The translations under genes were made by a program, and so were the position numbers. From assembly GCA_016929395.1 (NCBI GenBank), contig JAFGIX010000069.1, positions 4,986-68,985 on the forward strand: DNA of 64,000 bases, written 5' to 3'. The notes under the pieces were generated by a model, which worked only from the letters and a program-made list of their open reading frames with translations, did not search any database and had not been told where the DNA came from. Numbering within the stretch: the first letter of the stretch is position 1; each line of letters begins with the position of its first letter. This DNA is from Candidatus Zymogenus saltonus (GTDB taxonomy: Bacteria > Desulfobacterota > Zymogenia > Zymogenales > Zymogenaceae). Positions 50,204 through 62,071 of this stretch are shown in pieces.

Positions 50204-50233
50204 AAAAAAGGGTCAATTGTACAGTCTTGACCC
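50204..50233 (-). terminator. intrinsic terminator of the Zn-ADH gene
   Basis: GGGTCAA ttgtacagtc TTGACCC stem-loop with a T-run on the - strand. Confidence 0.5.
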
Positions 50234-50327
50234 GCACCCGACTTTCTTAAATATCCGCCGTCCTCCGGTCGAGGTTATCGTAAAAAAACGGGGCTATAGA
50301 AATGTGAGGCCGATTCCTGTAAACAGG

Positions 50328-51551
50328 CTAATCGAAGACGAAGGCGGTCTTTACGGCCCCGTACCTCTCCTTGAACACGTTTACCTTTATCGCCTCCCTG
50401 TAGTCCTTCAGGGGGAATTTGTGCGTAACATATTTTTCGAGGTCTATCTTCTTTTCCCTTATCAGGTCCAGGGCCACATCCCAAGTATAGACGCTCTTTC
50501 CCTTGTAGTCCTGCATCCCGTATCCGAGGGATCCGGTCATGGTGATCTCCTTGAACCAGATGGGGGTCAGGTCAACCTTTTCCGTTGCGGCAAGGCCGAT
50601 GAGCCCGTAGAATCCCCCTGTCCTGATGAGCCTCAGCGACATCTGCATTGTCGCGGCGTGGCCGACCGTGTCGAATATTTTGTCAACGCCCCCCATCAGT
50701 ATCTGATCGCCTAAAATCGGCTTGTAGACCCTTGCGCCTGTCATCTCTGCTATTATCTCGTATATCGTCCTTTTCTCGCGGCCCGGGTAGATGACTATAT
50801 CGGCCCCCGCCTCTTTCGCTATCCCGCCGCTGAAGGGCGATTCTTCGATCACGACGATCTTGGCCTTTCCGCCGAGTCCCCTTATGGCAGCGACCGCGGA
50901 GAGCCCAAGCGGCCCCGCCCCTATCACGATTACGGTGTCGCTGTCGTCCGGGAAGTTATTCATGACGGGGTGGAGGGACGAGCAGAAGGCGTCGATCATC
51001 ACAGCTGTCTCGTCGCTTATGCCGTCGAGCCTGTAGATCTGGGATTTATGGGCGAGAAAATATTTGCTCCAGCCGCCCCCGGTCTCATTTGAGTAGCCGG
51101 TGTTCGCCCCCCTGGCGATTTTCCCCTCGGCCGAGTTTTCGCAGACGGAAGGCTCCCCCCGGGCGCAGCTTGGGCAAATCTCATCCATCCCCCTCGCCTC
51201 GCACGACAGGGCCGGGTTTACGACCACCCTGTCGCCTGCTGAAAATCCCCTGACGCCGCTTCCCACCTCGGCCAGGGTGCCGGCGTTTTCGTGTCCCGGT
51301 ATGAAGGGGAACGAGGCGAACGGGCTCAGGGTGGGGCTGTCGGCCATCTTTATGGCGCTCATGTCTGAGGCGCATATCCCTGAGAGCTTCGTCTTGACGA
51401 CCGCCCAGTCCTCGTTGGGGAGGGTCGGCTCCTCGACTTCGGCAAGCCTTATCGGCGAGATCGGGCTCCACATTACGCTTTTTGTTATCATCCCCCCAAG
51501 CGTCATTCCGAGGAACCTAAGAATACTGAAATTATAGACAATTGCTTTCAT
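50328..51551 (-). CDS. zinc-dependent alcohol dehydrogenase family (MDR) protein
   Basis: GHENAG catalytic-zinc motif and structural-zinc Cys cluster. Start set at MKAIVYN, preceded by GGAGG. Confidence 0.8.
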   Translation of the reverse strand: MKAIVYNFSILRFLGMTLGGMITKSVMWSPISPIRLAEVEEPTLPNEDWAVVKTKLSGICASDMSAIKMADSPTLSPFASFPFIPGHENAGTLAEVGSGVRGFSAGDRVVVNPALSCEARGMDEICPSCARGEPSVCENSAEGKIARGANTGYSNETGGGWSKYFLAHKSQIYRLDGISDETAVMIDAFCSSLHPVMNNFPDDSDTVIVIGAGPLGLSAVAAIRGLGGKAKIVVIEESPFSGGIAKEAGADIVIYPGREKRTIYEIIAEMTGARVYKPILGDQILMGGVDKIFDTVGHAATMQMSLRLIRTGGFYGLIGLAATEKVDLTPIWFKEITMTGSLGYGMQDYKGKSVYTWDVALDLIREKKIDLEKYVTHKFPLKDYREAIKVNVFKERYGAVKTAFVFD

Positions 51552-51618
51552 AATGCCTCCGGTTAAAAAGATATAATCTTGATAAAGTATCAAACGATAA
51601 ATATCAAATGATAACACG

Positions 51619-52458
51619 TCAAAACTTCGGGGAAAAGTAGGTCTCGATTCTAACCGGCTCTCCCAGCCTTCCCCTTATGTCTGTGTCCTTCCAGTAAAGC
51701 TCAGCCATCTTCACACCCTCCCTCATATGCCCCTCGATCTCGACTCGTATCTCCTCAATCTTCTCGTCGTCAGCGTTTTTCGGGACGTAGAATGGTCCAG
51801 TAAAAATATATACGATCTTGGAAAGTGGCGCCGGCATCCACATCCCGTCCCAGGTGGGAAGGGTGAAGTGTGGCCTTGCCGCGGCGCTCATAACCAAAAT
51901 CGGAGATCCCGACTCCCTGGCGAGGTGAACGAGACCCTTCTTCAAAACGAGGGCGGGCCCGGAGGGGCCGTCGACCGTAAGCCCGGCGTGGAAACCCTCG
52001 TCTTTGATGAGCTTGATCATGGCGTCGAGGGCCTCCTTGCCCTTCATGTCCTTTATCCTGCCGCCCTTCTTCACCTTTTTTGGTGCGCCCCTGACCGTTA
52101 GTATCCCCACCGATTTCATCGTCCGGGCGCCCACCTCGCCGCTGTCCTTGTGGCTGCTCATTATCACGTGGCGTTTGTGGCTTGCGTACATGAAATAATA
52201 CTGGGCGTATCTGTGCCAGTGGGCATAGATGATCCCCTTCCCTTTTGAGAGAAGCTCATCTTCGAGGGGCTTTCCTATCACGTACACCTTGGAGGACTTG
52301 TAAAAGGAGCCGATTATCAGCATCATTGACGGTATCCCGGTTTTGAACATGAGCCGCCGGGTCGGCTTGAAACGACTGTCGTCATAGGGGCCGAAGTGAA
52401 CCCCGTATTGCTCGGGATTTTTTATGTCCCATGGGAAATCGTTGTTTTTTTTCTTCAT
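51619..52458 (-). CDS. DUF374-like / lysophospholipid-acyltransferase-like protein
   Basis: TVDGPSGP motif. Confidence 0.5.
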   Translation of the reverse strand: MKKKNNDFPWDIKNPEQYGVHFGPYDDSRFKPTRRLMFKTGIPSMMLIIGSFYKSSKVYVIGKPLEDELLSKGKGIIYAHWHRYAQYYFMYASHKRHVIMSSHKDSGEVGARTMKSVGILTVRGAPKKVKKGGRIKDMKGKEALDAMIKLIKDEGFHAGLTVDGPSGPALVLKKGLVHLARESGSPILVMSAAARPHFTLPTWDGMWMPAPLSKIVYIFTGPFYVPKNADDEKIEEIRVEIEGHMREGVKMAELYWKDTDIRGRLGEPVRIETYFSPKF

Positions 52459-52596
52459 ATCAATTTGGGCAATTGTTTTTTACCGTTTAAGACATCATGA
52501 TAACAGAAAAATCGTACCCGTCCAAATAAAACGAGAGGGAGGCTTGAGATGGCGGAAGGATCGCCCACGATGTGTCGGGGAGTTTAAAATCGCCCT

Positions 52597-53399
52597 TTAT
52601 TTCTTCCGTCCCCCGAGGTAGTACTCCCTCACCATGTTGTTTCCCCTCAAGTTTTCGGCCGTGCCCTCGAGCACGATCCTCCCGGTCTCCATGACGTAGC
52701 CGAAATCGGCGACCTCAAGGGCCATCCTGGCGTTTTGCTCGACGATCAGAACGGTCACCCCCTCCCTGTTTATCTCCCTTATTATGCCGAAAATATCCTT
52801 GACCAGCATCGGGGCGAGGCCCAAGGACGGCTCGTCCAGCATCAACAATCTGGGCCTCGACATCAATCCCCTGGCGACGGCGAGCATCTGCTGCTCCCCG
52901 CCGGAGAGGGTCGACGTGATCTGCTTCTTGCGATCCTTCAGTACAGGGAAATATCCGTTTACCCTTTCGAGGTCTTCCTTTATCCCGGCCCTCTCCCTTC
53001 TGATATATGATCCCATCTTGAGGTTTTCCGATACGGTGAGATCGCCGAAGAGCTCGCGCCCCTCGGGGACGCAGGATATCCCCGCCCTGACAATATGCTC
53101 CGGCCTCATGGAGTCTATGGGACGGCCGTCAAAGAGGATCGTCCCTTCATCTCTGCGGCCACGGATCAATCCGGAGATCCTTTTTAAGACGCTGCTCTTT
53201 CCCGCCCCGTTCGCTCCGAGGAGGGCGACCACGCTCCCCTCCTCGACGCTCATGGATAGATCGGAGACGACGGCAGACGCGTCGTAGCGGACCTCCACCC
53301 CCGTCAGCTCAAGAAGGCTTTTGCGGCCCCCTTTTTCGGGCGAGACGCCTTTAGATACGCCTCTCCCTCTTTTTTTCTCTCCCATCTTCAAATCCAGAA

Positions 53400-53403
<4 letters not shown>
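52597..53403 (-). CDS. livF: branched-chain amino-acid ABC transporter ATP-binding protein
   Basis: Walker A GANGAGKS and ABC signature. Confidence 0.9.
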
Positions 53404-54182
<779 letters not shown>

Positions 54183-55151
54183 CTAAACGCCCCTCTTTAT
54201 CCGCGTCGAAAGGAGTCCCTCGGGCCTTATTATCAGAACGACGATGATCACTATGAATGCGAAAGGGGTCTTGTATCCCATGGATATGTAGCTCCCGAAG
54301 AGGTTCTCGGAGACGCCGAGCATCCACCCCCCGATGATGACCCCAGGGAGGCTCCCCAGCCCCCCGAGGACCGCCGCCGAGAAGGCCTTGAGAAACGGAA
54401 ACAGTATAACCGTGTTGTCGAGGTTGAGCTTGGCCGCAGTCAGTATTCCTGCTGTGGCGGCCAAAACCGAGCTTATCCCCCAAGTGACGGCGAAGATGGT
54501 CCTGGTGCCTATCCCCATGAGGCCCGCCGCCTCCCTGTTCTGAAAGGTCGCCCGCATCGCTATCCCCAGCCTCGTGAATCTGAAAAAGAGGTAGAGGACG
54601 ACGATAATGCAGCTGGTTATCCCAAGGATAATCAGATCGAGCTGGTCTATTGGGATTTTTCCCAGCTTAAACAGTTTGAAGTCGCTCAGGGGCGGCGGCA
54701 TGGCGTAGACCTCCGTCCCGAAGAGCCCGATTATGGTGCCGTCCAGTATCTGCCAGAGGCCTATGGTTATGACGATGAGTCCCAGGTGGCTCGGCTCTTT
54801 CGCGGGCCTCAAGAAGACGACCTCGAGGATCACGCCGAAGAAAAAGGCGAAGACGGCCGTAAGGACGGCTATGAGGGCAAACGCTAAGATGGAGAAGTTA
54901 TCCACGTTAAGCCCGCCGAGGATGCCGATACGGCAGGCCCAATCGAAAAGGTGGGCCGATATGGGGCCCGTATATTTTGTCATCATCATGTATATTAAAA
55001 ACGTGGAGAAGAGCCCCATGTTGCCGTGGGCGAAGTTCAGCACATCGTTCGTCTTGTAGATCATGACGACTCCCAAGGCAATCATCCCGTAGAGGCTTCC
55101 GGTGGCGAGCCCCTGGATCGTGAGGTATGCCATGGTCTCCGGGGTATTCAT
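54183..55151 (-). CDS. livH: branched-chain amino-acid ABC transporter permease
   Basis: LivH-type N-terminus (YGMIALGVVMIY...NFAHG). Confidence 0.9.
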   Translation of the reverse strand: MNTPETMAYLTIQGLATGSLYGMIALGVVMIYKTNDVLNFAHGNMGLFSTFLIYMMMTKYTGPISAHLFDWACRIGILGGLNVDNFSILAFALIAVLTAVFAFFFGVILEVVFLRPAKEPSHLGLIVITIGLWQILDGTIIGLFGTEVYAMPPPLSDFKLFKLGKIPIDQLDLIILGITSCIIVVLYLFFRFTRLGIAMRATFQNREAAGLMGIGTRTIFAVTWGISSVLAATAGILTAAKLNLDNTVILFPFLKAFSAAVLGGLGSLPGVIIGGWMLGVSENLFGSYISMGYKTPFAFIVIIVVLIIRPEGLLSTRIKRGV

Positions 55152-56284
55152 CTTACTCTCTTCCCCCTGTATAATCTTCCGCCCTTTATCTTGAGCGCCA
55201 GTTGAGACAGCATCCCGCTCAGTCCTCTCGGCTGAAAGATAACGATGACGATCATTATGGCACCTGAGATGATTGCGCTGGCAAAACTGTACTTCGCAAA
55301 AAGGAGGGGGATGACCGTCAGAAGTCCCGCCCCCAGTATCGAGCCGAAAATTGAGCCGAGCCCTCCCACCACGATCATGGCGATCATGTCGATGTTGATC
55401 ATGATTCCGTACTGGGAAGGCTCGATGAAGTCCATCATGTTCGCGTGGAGGGCGCCGGCGACCCCCACATAAAACGCTGACACGGCAAAGGCCATGGTCC
55501 TGTAGCGGGTGACGTTGATCCCCAGGGCGCCAGACGCCGCCTCGCTATCGCCTACGGCGATAAAGGCCCTACCCACCTTAGATCTCACGATCTTGAGCGC
55601 AAAGAGAATCAACAAGAGCGCGGCCAAAAGTATTATGAAGTAGACCTGATTTTCGCTTGAGAGCTTTTGACTGAAGATCGAGACCTCATCGGTTACCGAG
55701 TGGCCGAAGAGGCTGATGGCGGGGGTGCGAAGCCCGCTCCTTCCCCCCGTTATCGACTCGGTCAGGACGAGGGACTGCTCCACGAATATGCCGAAGCCGA
55801 GGGTCACTATGGCAAGATAGGGACCCTTTGTCCTCAGGGCGATGAATCCGAGCACCAAACCGATGACCGATGCCACGAAACCCGAAAGGATGACGGCGGC
55901 GATAAACGGCGTTTCGATGTTGAAGGGAAGCTTGAGATGGATAAGAGTCATGACCGAAAAATATGCCCCCACCGCCATGAAGCCGGAGTGTCCCAATGAT
56001 ATCTGCCCCGTGTACCCCACGAGGAGGTTCAGCCCCACCGCCACGATGATGTTTATCAGGATGAGGTTTGCGACGTAAACGAAATATTTCCCGGCGAAGA
56101 TCGGGAACATGAGGAGAAGGACTATAAGCAGAATAACGCCGACGGCAGAGCGGACGCTCTTTATAAGCCTGATGTCGTTGTAGTAATCGTGCCTTTTATT
56201 CATGGAATTCACATTGTATGGATGAGCTTCCTCATCTGTATGAAAAGCTAAAAAAACGATTTTAAGAGATTTTTTTTGAGACAA
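55148..56284 (-). CDS. livM: branched-chain amino-acid ABC transporter permease
   Basis: LivM-type motif GYTGQISLGHSGFMAVGAY. Confidence 0.85.
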   Translation of the reverse strand: MSQKKSLKIVFLAFHTDEEAHPYNVNSMNKRHDYYNDIRLIKSVRSAVGVILLIVLLLMFPIFAGKYFVYVANLILINIIVAVGLNLLVGYTGQISLGHSGFMAVGAYFSVMTLIHLKLPFNIETPFIAAVILSGFVASVIGLVLGFIALRTKGPYLAIVTLGFGIFVEQSLVLTESITGGRSGLRTPAISLFGHSVTDEVSIFSQKLSSENQVYFIILLAALLLILFALKIVRSKVGRAFIAVGDSEAASGALGINVTRYRTMAFAVSAFYVGVAGALHANMMDFIEPSQYGIMINIDMIAMIVVGGLGSIFGSILGAGLLTVIPLLFAKYSFASAIISGAIMIVIVIFQPRGLSGMLSQLALKIKGGRLYRGKRVR

Positions 56285-56566
56285 CGGGGATTCTTTATCG
56301 TTTTCGCCCCTTTATGTTTTTAGAGCCGGTCATCTTTTCCCACTCCCAGTCTTTTCGGGTCCCGGGATTAGTCCGTTACTGTATAACAAAAGATTTTGAT
56401 AAATTCAAGATTTTCTTTGACATTACGCTTTATTCTTATATAAAATTAGCTACACATTCGGATTTATGCATATCTTTTTGAATATCACCTTTACGGTATG
56501 ATTTATTCCGGAGGAAGATTGACCAAATATATAGTTAATAATTGAAATTATATTAAGGAGGAGATC

Positions 56567-58270
56567 ATGGCAAAGAAGAAGACCGAAGCAAAAACATCTA
56601 AGAAGCCGTGGGTGGAGTTTTACCCCGAGGGGGTTCCCGAGACTATCGAGTTTGAAGATACGACGATCGTCGAGGCGATGGAGCGGACGGTGAAGAGGTT
56701 TCCGAACAACCCCTCCGCGTACTTCATGGGCAAGACGATCACGTTCGGGGAGTTCGGGGATATTGTCAAGCGCTTTGCGACCGCAATGGCTGGGATGGGC
56801 GTGAAGAAGGGGAGCAGGGTTGCCACCCTCCTCCCGAATATCCCCCAGATGGCCATCGCCTACTACGGTGCCATGATGGCCGGCGCCACCCTCGTTCTCA
56901 ACAATCCCCTCTACACCGACCACGAGCTTGAGTATCAACTGAACGACTCGGAATCGGAATATCTTGTCACCCTCGACCTGTTGGCGCCCAGGATGATAGC
57001 TTTGAGGCCCAAGACCAAGTTAAAGAAGATAATCGTCTGCCACATAAACGACTACCTTCCCTTTCCGAAAAAACAGCTCTTTCCCCACGTCAAGAAGGCG
57101 ATGTTCAGAAAGATCGAAAAAACCCAGGATGTCTTCGAGTTTTTGGACCTCATAAGGAAGAACAAGCCGAATCCCCCGAAGGTCAAGTTCACCTTCGATG
57201 ATATGGGGACGATCCAGTACACGGGGGGGACGACCGGCGTCTCCAAGGGAGTCGTGTTGAGCCACGGGAACCTTAGCAAAAACGTCCAGCAGATCTCCGC
57301 CTGGTACCCGAGCTTCGTTCAGGGGGAGGAGTCGGCCGTTGCGTGCCTCCCATTCTTCCACTCCTTCGGGATGACGTGCGTTATGAACTTCGGCATATGG
57401 AACGGCTGGGCGGGGGCGTATATCCCCAGGCCGGAGCCCCAGCCGATCCTCGAGGCGATAGACAAGCACAAGCTCTCCTTTCTCCCAGCCGTCCCGACGA
57501 TGTTCATCGGGATGCTCAGGCATCCGGATTTCAACAAGTACGACCTGAGCTCGCTGAAGGGATGCTTCTCCGGCGCCGCCCCCCTGCCCCTGGAGGTCAT
57601 CAAGGAGTTCGAGGAGGCCACCGGCTCCCAGATATGCGAGGGGTACGGGCTTTCGGAGACGACGCCGGTGACCCACATCAATCCCTTCGGCGGAAAGACA
57701 AAGGTTGGAAGCATCGGGCTGCCCGTGCCTAATACCGAGGTCAAGATTGTAGACATCGATACGGGCAAGAAGGAGGTTGCAATCGGAGAGCCGGGGGAGG
57801 TTATTATCAAGGGTCCCCAGGTCACGGAAGGGTATTACAAAAAACCGGAGGAGACGAAAAAGGCGATAAAGGACGGCTGGCTATACACCGGCGACATTGG
57901 GACCATGGACGAGGAGGGTTATTTCTACATCGTGGATCGGAAGAAGGACATGATAATCGCCGGCGGTTACAACATCTACCCCAGAGACATCGACGAGGTC
58001 CTCTTTGAGCATCCGAAGGTGGTGGAGGCCTGCACCATCGGCGTGCCCCACGAATACCGGGGGGAGACCGTCAAGGCCTACGTAGTCCTCAAGGAGGGGG
58101 AGACCGCGACAGAGGAGGAGATGATCGACTACTGCAAGGAGAAGCTCGCCAAATACAAGGTCCCGAAGCTGATCGAGTTTACTGACAGCCTACCCAAGAG
58201 CGCCGTCGGAAAGATATTGAGAAAGGAGCTCAGGGCCATGGAGCTCGAAAAGATAGATAAGAAGAAATAG
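56567..58270 (+). CDS. long-chain fatty acid--CoA ligase (AMP-binding)
   Basis: YTGGTTGVSKGVVLSHGN AMP-binding motif, 567 aa. Confidence 0.9.
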   Translation: MAKKKTEAKTSKKPWVEFYPEGVPETIEFEDTTIVEAMERTVKRFPNNPSAYFMGKTITFGEFGDIVKRFATAMAGMGVKKGSRVATLLPNIPQMAIAYYGAMMAGATLVLNNPLYTDHELEYQLNDSESEYLVTLDLLAPRMIALRPKTKLKKIIVCHINDYLPFPKKQLFPHVKKAMFRKIEKTQDVFEFLDLIRKNKPNPPKVKFTFDDMGTIQYTGGTTGVSKGVVLSHGNLSKNVQQISAWYPSFVQGEESAVACLPFFHSFGMTCVMNFGIWNGWAGAYIPRPEPQPILEAIDKHKLSFLPAVPTMFIGMLRHPDFNKYDLSSLKGCFSGAAPLPLEVIKEFEEATGSQICEGYGLSETTPVTHINPFGGKTKVGSIGLPVPNTEVKIVDIDTGKKEVAIGEPGEVIIKGPQVTEGYYKKPEETKKAIKDGWLYTGDIGTMDEEGYFYIVDRKKDMIIAGGYNIYPRDIDEVLFEHPKVVEACTIGVPHEYRGETVKAYVVLKEGETATEEEMIDYCKEKLAKYKVPKLIEFTDSLPKSAVGKILRKELRAMELEKIDKKK

Positions 58271-58301
58271 CGACGGGAGGGATCATTTGGTGGTCTAAAG
58301 G

Positions 58302-58330
58302 GGGCCCCGGAAAATTCGGGGCCCTCTTTG
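58302..58330. terminator. convergent-gene terminator hairpin (GGGCCCCG gaaaatt CGGGGCCC + tctttg)
   Basis: 8-bp GC stem between the fatty-acid ligase and the C45-like gene. Confidence 0.5.
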
Positions 58331-58356
58331 CTTGTCGGCCTGTTGACTTCTATTAA

Positions 58357-60246
58357 CTATTCCAACCCCGCCTGGAGGCTGAAGGCTATGGGGATGTCCT
58401 TTAGGATCATCTCCCTTGAGAACGGTCTTTCGAGGCACTTCTCGGCGTAGGCAGTAAGAAATCCGTTTAATCCGCTCAGATGATCGTCCTTTGCCTCTTC
58501 CTTAAGAGCAATTACCTCTTTATATTTCAAGACCGCCTCGTCCCGCTTCCCCATGAGGTCAAGGGCCTGCCCCGAGAGGAGACAGGCCAGGCCCCTCTCG
58601 TTTAGCGTCTGGGGTAGCTCGAGGGAGTCTTGAAGGAGCTTTTCCGCCCCCTCGTAGTCGCCCATGACGATCAGGAGCCTCGCCAGCATCCGGTAGTAGG
58701 CGGGCTCTTCAGTGTCCTGCGCCATGGCCCCCTCCAGCATCGCCAGCGCCTCGCGGATTCTCCTGAAGTCGTCTTCATAGGCAATGTATGCGTCCATGTA
58801 TGAGGAAAATCCGTCCCTCTTGGCGCTGCTCTTCCACCGGTAGCTGGAAAGAATCTTCGGGTAGACCCTTGAGGGCTTTTCCTCGAACTCCGCCCAGAAG
58901 TCGAATCCGATGTATTCGTTTGCGCAGGCGGGCTCTTTCCCCGCCGCGGTCCAGAAGAAGCCGTCCGCCGGCAAAAATATTACCGAGGTCACGTTGTTTG
59001 CGCCGCAGACGGTGTGCCCGAAGCTCCTCTCGGCGTTCAAGATCGGGTCGATGTGGTCGCTCATGAACTCAGCGGCCAGGGCCGGCGTGATCCTCCCGTA
59101 ATTTTCCTCTATCAGCCGGGTGAGCCTCACGTACCTCCCCATCAGGTTCCTCATGACAAGGCTGTATCTCGCCATAAGATCTACTTTTTCAAGCTCTTTA
59201 GTCGTGGCGAAGTTGGTCAGGGCTATGGAGTCTCTCTCCATTTTCCTTATCCCCAAAAGGTCTGGGCTCGATTCAAAGACGACGGCTTCCTTCGTCTTAC
59301 CGTCGGCTACGAGAAACCCGAAGGCGCCGCCCCTTTTGTTCTCCCTCAGGATCTCGGCCGCACCGTCGATGTCCTTTGCCCCCCTCATGATCATGTTCTC
59401 AAATATTGTAAAGGAGACACCAGCGGGGTCTGCCCCGTCGTATCCCATGAAGTGCCCTCCGATCACCATTCCCATCTCGTTCATGGCGGAGTTGCACTTT
59501 ATAAGCCCCGCCGTGGAGACCCTCACGTAGCGATAGCCGTCCTCCGGCTCGCAGAAGAAGATCGTTTGGTTAGGCCCCCAGAGACCCTGTCCCGAATAGT
59601 CGGTGTTTCTCCCGAAGACGAGCTTTCCCCCCGCGGTCGCCCTTCCCGCCGCGGCGAAGCTGGAGCACCCCCCGGCGTCTTTGACGAGCCCGAAGTCGAT
59701 CGCCTTTTTACCGATCACCCCCGGAACCATGGCCATGGAGAGGTCGGAGTAGAAGTTGGCGATAAAGACGTCCCGGTAGTCGAGGCCGGCCCCGTCCGCT
59801 ATCCCCTTTATCTCTTCGAGGTATTCTCCGGGGGTGTTAGCCTCAATCGGAGCAAAGATCTTTATCTCGAGGTACTTCATTAGGAGCCACCTCATCCACG
59901 CCGGCTTCTCGGCGTACTGGACGTTTTTGGAGATCGGATCGGAAAAGAGGGGAACACAACCCTCCCTGATCTCATCGGCCAAGAGTTTTCCATGCTGATA
60001 GCCCATCTCGTAGGGCGTCCCCTTGAGCTTGATTATGTTGTTTCCCCCCTCCCTTCTCAAGGAGGCGTCGCCGAATTTCGAAACGCCGTCCTCATCGGCT
60101 ATTTCAAGCATCTTTAGGGAATCGATTACCTTTGCCTCGGGCATAAAGTTTGATCCATCGCTCACCGAGTTTATCCTGACGAAGTAGAGACAAAAAACCA
60201 CCAGGACAAAAATCAGTGCGAGGATCGTAAACGCTGCCTTTTTCAT
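58357..60246 (-). CDS. C45-family Ntn-hydrolase (acyl-CoA:6-aminopenicillanic acid acyltransferase-like) with an N-terminal TM anchor and C-terminal TPR-like region
   Basis: GGCSSF autoproteolytic/nucleophile Cys motif. N-terminal hydrophobic helix. C-terminal repeat region. Confidence 0.7.
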   Translation of the reverse strand: MKKAAFTILALIFVLVVFCLYFVRINSVSDGSNFMPEAKVIDSLKMLEIADEDGVSKFGDASLRREGGNNIIKLKGTPYEMGYQHGKLLADEIREGCVPLFSDPISKNVQYAEKPAWMRWLLMKYLEIKIFAPIEANTPGEYLEEIKGIADGAGLDYRDVFIANFYSDLSMAMVPGVIGKKAIDFGLVKDAGGCSSFAAAGRATAGGKLVFGRNTDYSGQGLWGPNQTIFFCEPEDGYRYVRVSTAGLIKCNSAMNEMGMVIGGHFMGYDGADPAGVSFTIFENMIMRGAKDIDGAAEILRENKRGGAFGFLVADGKTKEAVVFESSPDLLGIRKMERDSIALTNFATTKELEKVDLMARYSLVMRNLMGRYVRLTRLIEENYGRITPALAAEFMSDHIDPILNAERSFGHTVCGANNVTSVIFLPADGFFWTAAGKEPACANEYIGFDFWAEFEEKPSRVYPKILSSYRWKSSAKRDGFSSYMDAYIAYEDDFRRIREALAMLEGAMAQDTEEPAYYRMLARLLIVMGDYEGAEKLLQDSLELPQTLNERGLACLLSGQALDLMGKRDEAVLKYKEVIALKEEAKDDHLSGLNGFLTAYAEKCLERPFSREMILKDIPIAFSLQAGLE

Positions 60247-60311
60247 AAAAACCTCTTTTTAGTTAAAGTTCTATTTTGATATTCGATCTATTTTAATTGA
60301 AAAAACCGCCC

Positions 60312-61058
60312 TTAAAAATCGTCCCTCACTCCCATATACCGGGCGAGGCCTTCGGCGAGCCTTACGAAAACCTCCACATCGGCGGAGCTCTTGAAAAGGG
60401 GGGTGATCTCCACGATAAGGCCTCCCGGTAAAAACAAGATGTTGTAATAGGTGTGGGGGAGCCGGGCCATGAGGATCGCGACCACGTCGGCGGTGAGGAT
60501 TACGTCAAAGGCATCCTCGCTGTTTACGGCAAAGATTGTGTGGGTCTTGGCGAACTCCGGGAACCGCTCCTCAATATCGAGGGCCTTCTTGCCCCCCGGC
60601 CCGGGAACTATCGATATCGCGAGTAGAAACATCTTTTTTAAAAGATTCCCCTTTACCTCGGAGTGGGAAAAGAGAAAAACGGGCCCCAATATGGGAATCT
60701 CCATAAATACAGTGATGAAATACTTCAGGTTCTCGTCGCTGGCCCCCTTTTTCGAGCCGCTCTCGACCCCCTTGTACCCGCTGTAGAAATAACCCTCCCC
60801 CTCGGACAGCGGAAGCCTGATGATGTCCCCGTACACCCCTCCCGGTGGAACGCTGAGCCTATCCTCCAGCATCTTACCAAAGGCGTTGTCTTCGTCCTTC
60901 TCGGCGACCGAAAGCCCCCTCGACTTGGCGTAAGAGGAGACCGCCCTTTTCAGTCTCCTGACGTTATAAACAATATAGTGAAAGACGGAGTAGAAGACAA
61001 CAACGAGAATTATAACAATGATGATGTTTTCGGTTTTAGACACCGAAAGCCCCTTCAA
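60312..61058 (-). CDS. membrane-anchored hypothetical protein (paralog 1)
   Basis: N-terminal TM. Shares LPLSEGEGYFY and IEERFPEFAK...ILTADV blocks with the next gene. Confidence 0.6.
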   Translation of the reverse strand: MKGLSVSKTENIIIVIILVVVFYSVFHYIVYNVRRLKRAVSSYAKSRGLSVAEKDEDNAFGKMLEDRLSVPPGGVYGDIIRLPLSEGEGYFYSGYKGVESGSKKGASDENLKYFITVFMEIPILGPVFLFSHSEVKGNLLKKMFLLAISIVPGPGGKKALDIEERFPEFAKTHTIFAVNSEDAFDVILTADVVAILMARLPHTYYNILFLPGGLIVEITPLFKSSADVEVFVRLAEGLARYMGVRDDF

Positions 61059-61159
61059 ATTTGTCGATTTGATGTAAAATTAAAGGTACCGTTAAGTGTC
61101 CGTCTAAAGTGCTTCATAAGAGCGAAATCAATAACCTGAAATGCGACGGCTTTATAAGT

Positions 61160-61951
61160 TTAAAATTTACCCATATCGCTTAAGGCCCGGGCGAGGGTTT
61201 CCGACCAAGTGACGTAACGCTCTATCTCCTCTGCGCGCTTCATCTTCGTCTCGATGACTATACCGAATCCCGAAGGGGCAAAGCATACGTTTGCTGGCTT
61301 ATTCCCAGGGTGCGTCATAAGTACCAACATTACGTCGGCCGTGAGTATCGCCCTTTCCGCGCCCTCCACATCCTCGGTGAAGACGTTGTATACCTTGGCA
61401 AAATCGGGGAAGCGCTCCTCTATCTCCATAAGCTCGACGTTTCCCGCCCCAAAGACCTTGTTCAGTACCAAATTGATCACGGCCTTGGCGAGCCTCCCCT
61501 TTAGGGGGATGTGCTGAACCACGAAGGTCCGCTCGGCTATCGGTATATCGGTGAACACGACGATATACTGGCTTTCGGATACCGATGCCGTCTCGGATGA
61601 AGAATCACTCGTCTCCTGGAAACGGGTGTAAAGATAGCCCTCCCCGTTGGAGAGGGGAATTTTGACAATGTCCTCGATATTTCCCATATCCGGAAGACCG
61701 AAGCTCTGTGTGATCCTCGCATTTAGGTCGCCGCTCCGGTCGTCCGGAATGATCGTGAGCCCCCTCGTCTGGGCAAAGGCTATCAACGCCTTCTTCGCCC
61801 TGCCGGTAAAGAGGCCGACCTTGGCCTGTCCCGGATAGAGTGGTTGGGCCTTCATCTTTGCCCGCCTCGATCGATAGATGATAAAGACGAGGACGATGAA
61901 AAAGATGGTGGATGCAACATATCCGGTTATTACTAATGTCATGTCATGCAT
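61160..61951 (-). CDS. membrane-anchored hypothetical protein (paralog 2)
   Basis: N-terminal TM. Carries IPLSNGEGYLY and IEERFPDFAK...ILTADV blocks. Confidence 0.6.
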   Translation of the reverse strand: MHDMTLVITGYVASTIFFIVLVFIIYRSRRAKMKAQPLYPGQAKVGLFTGRAKKALIAFAQTRGLTIIPDDRSGDLNARITQSFGLPDMGNIEDIVKIPLSNGEGYLYTRFQETSDSSSETASVSESQYIVVFTDIPIAERTFVVQHIPLKGRLAKAVINLVLNKVFGAGNVELMEIEERFPDFAKVYNVFTEDVEGAERAILTADVMLVLMTHPGNKPANVCFAPSGFGIVIETKMKRAEEIERYVTWSETLARALSDMGKF

Positions 61952-62071
61952 AATGTGTAACTTGACAAAAAATTTGAACCCTATTTATGGTCATGGTCTT
62001 CGTCAAATCCACGATTTAACATGGATTGTCGGAGTCGCCTCAAACCTCGAATGCCCGTTGCGAAGTTTCCC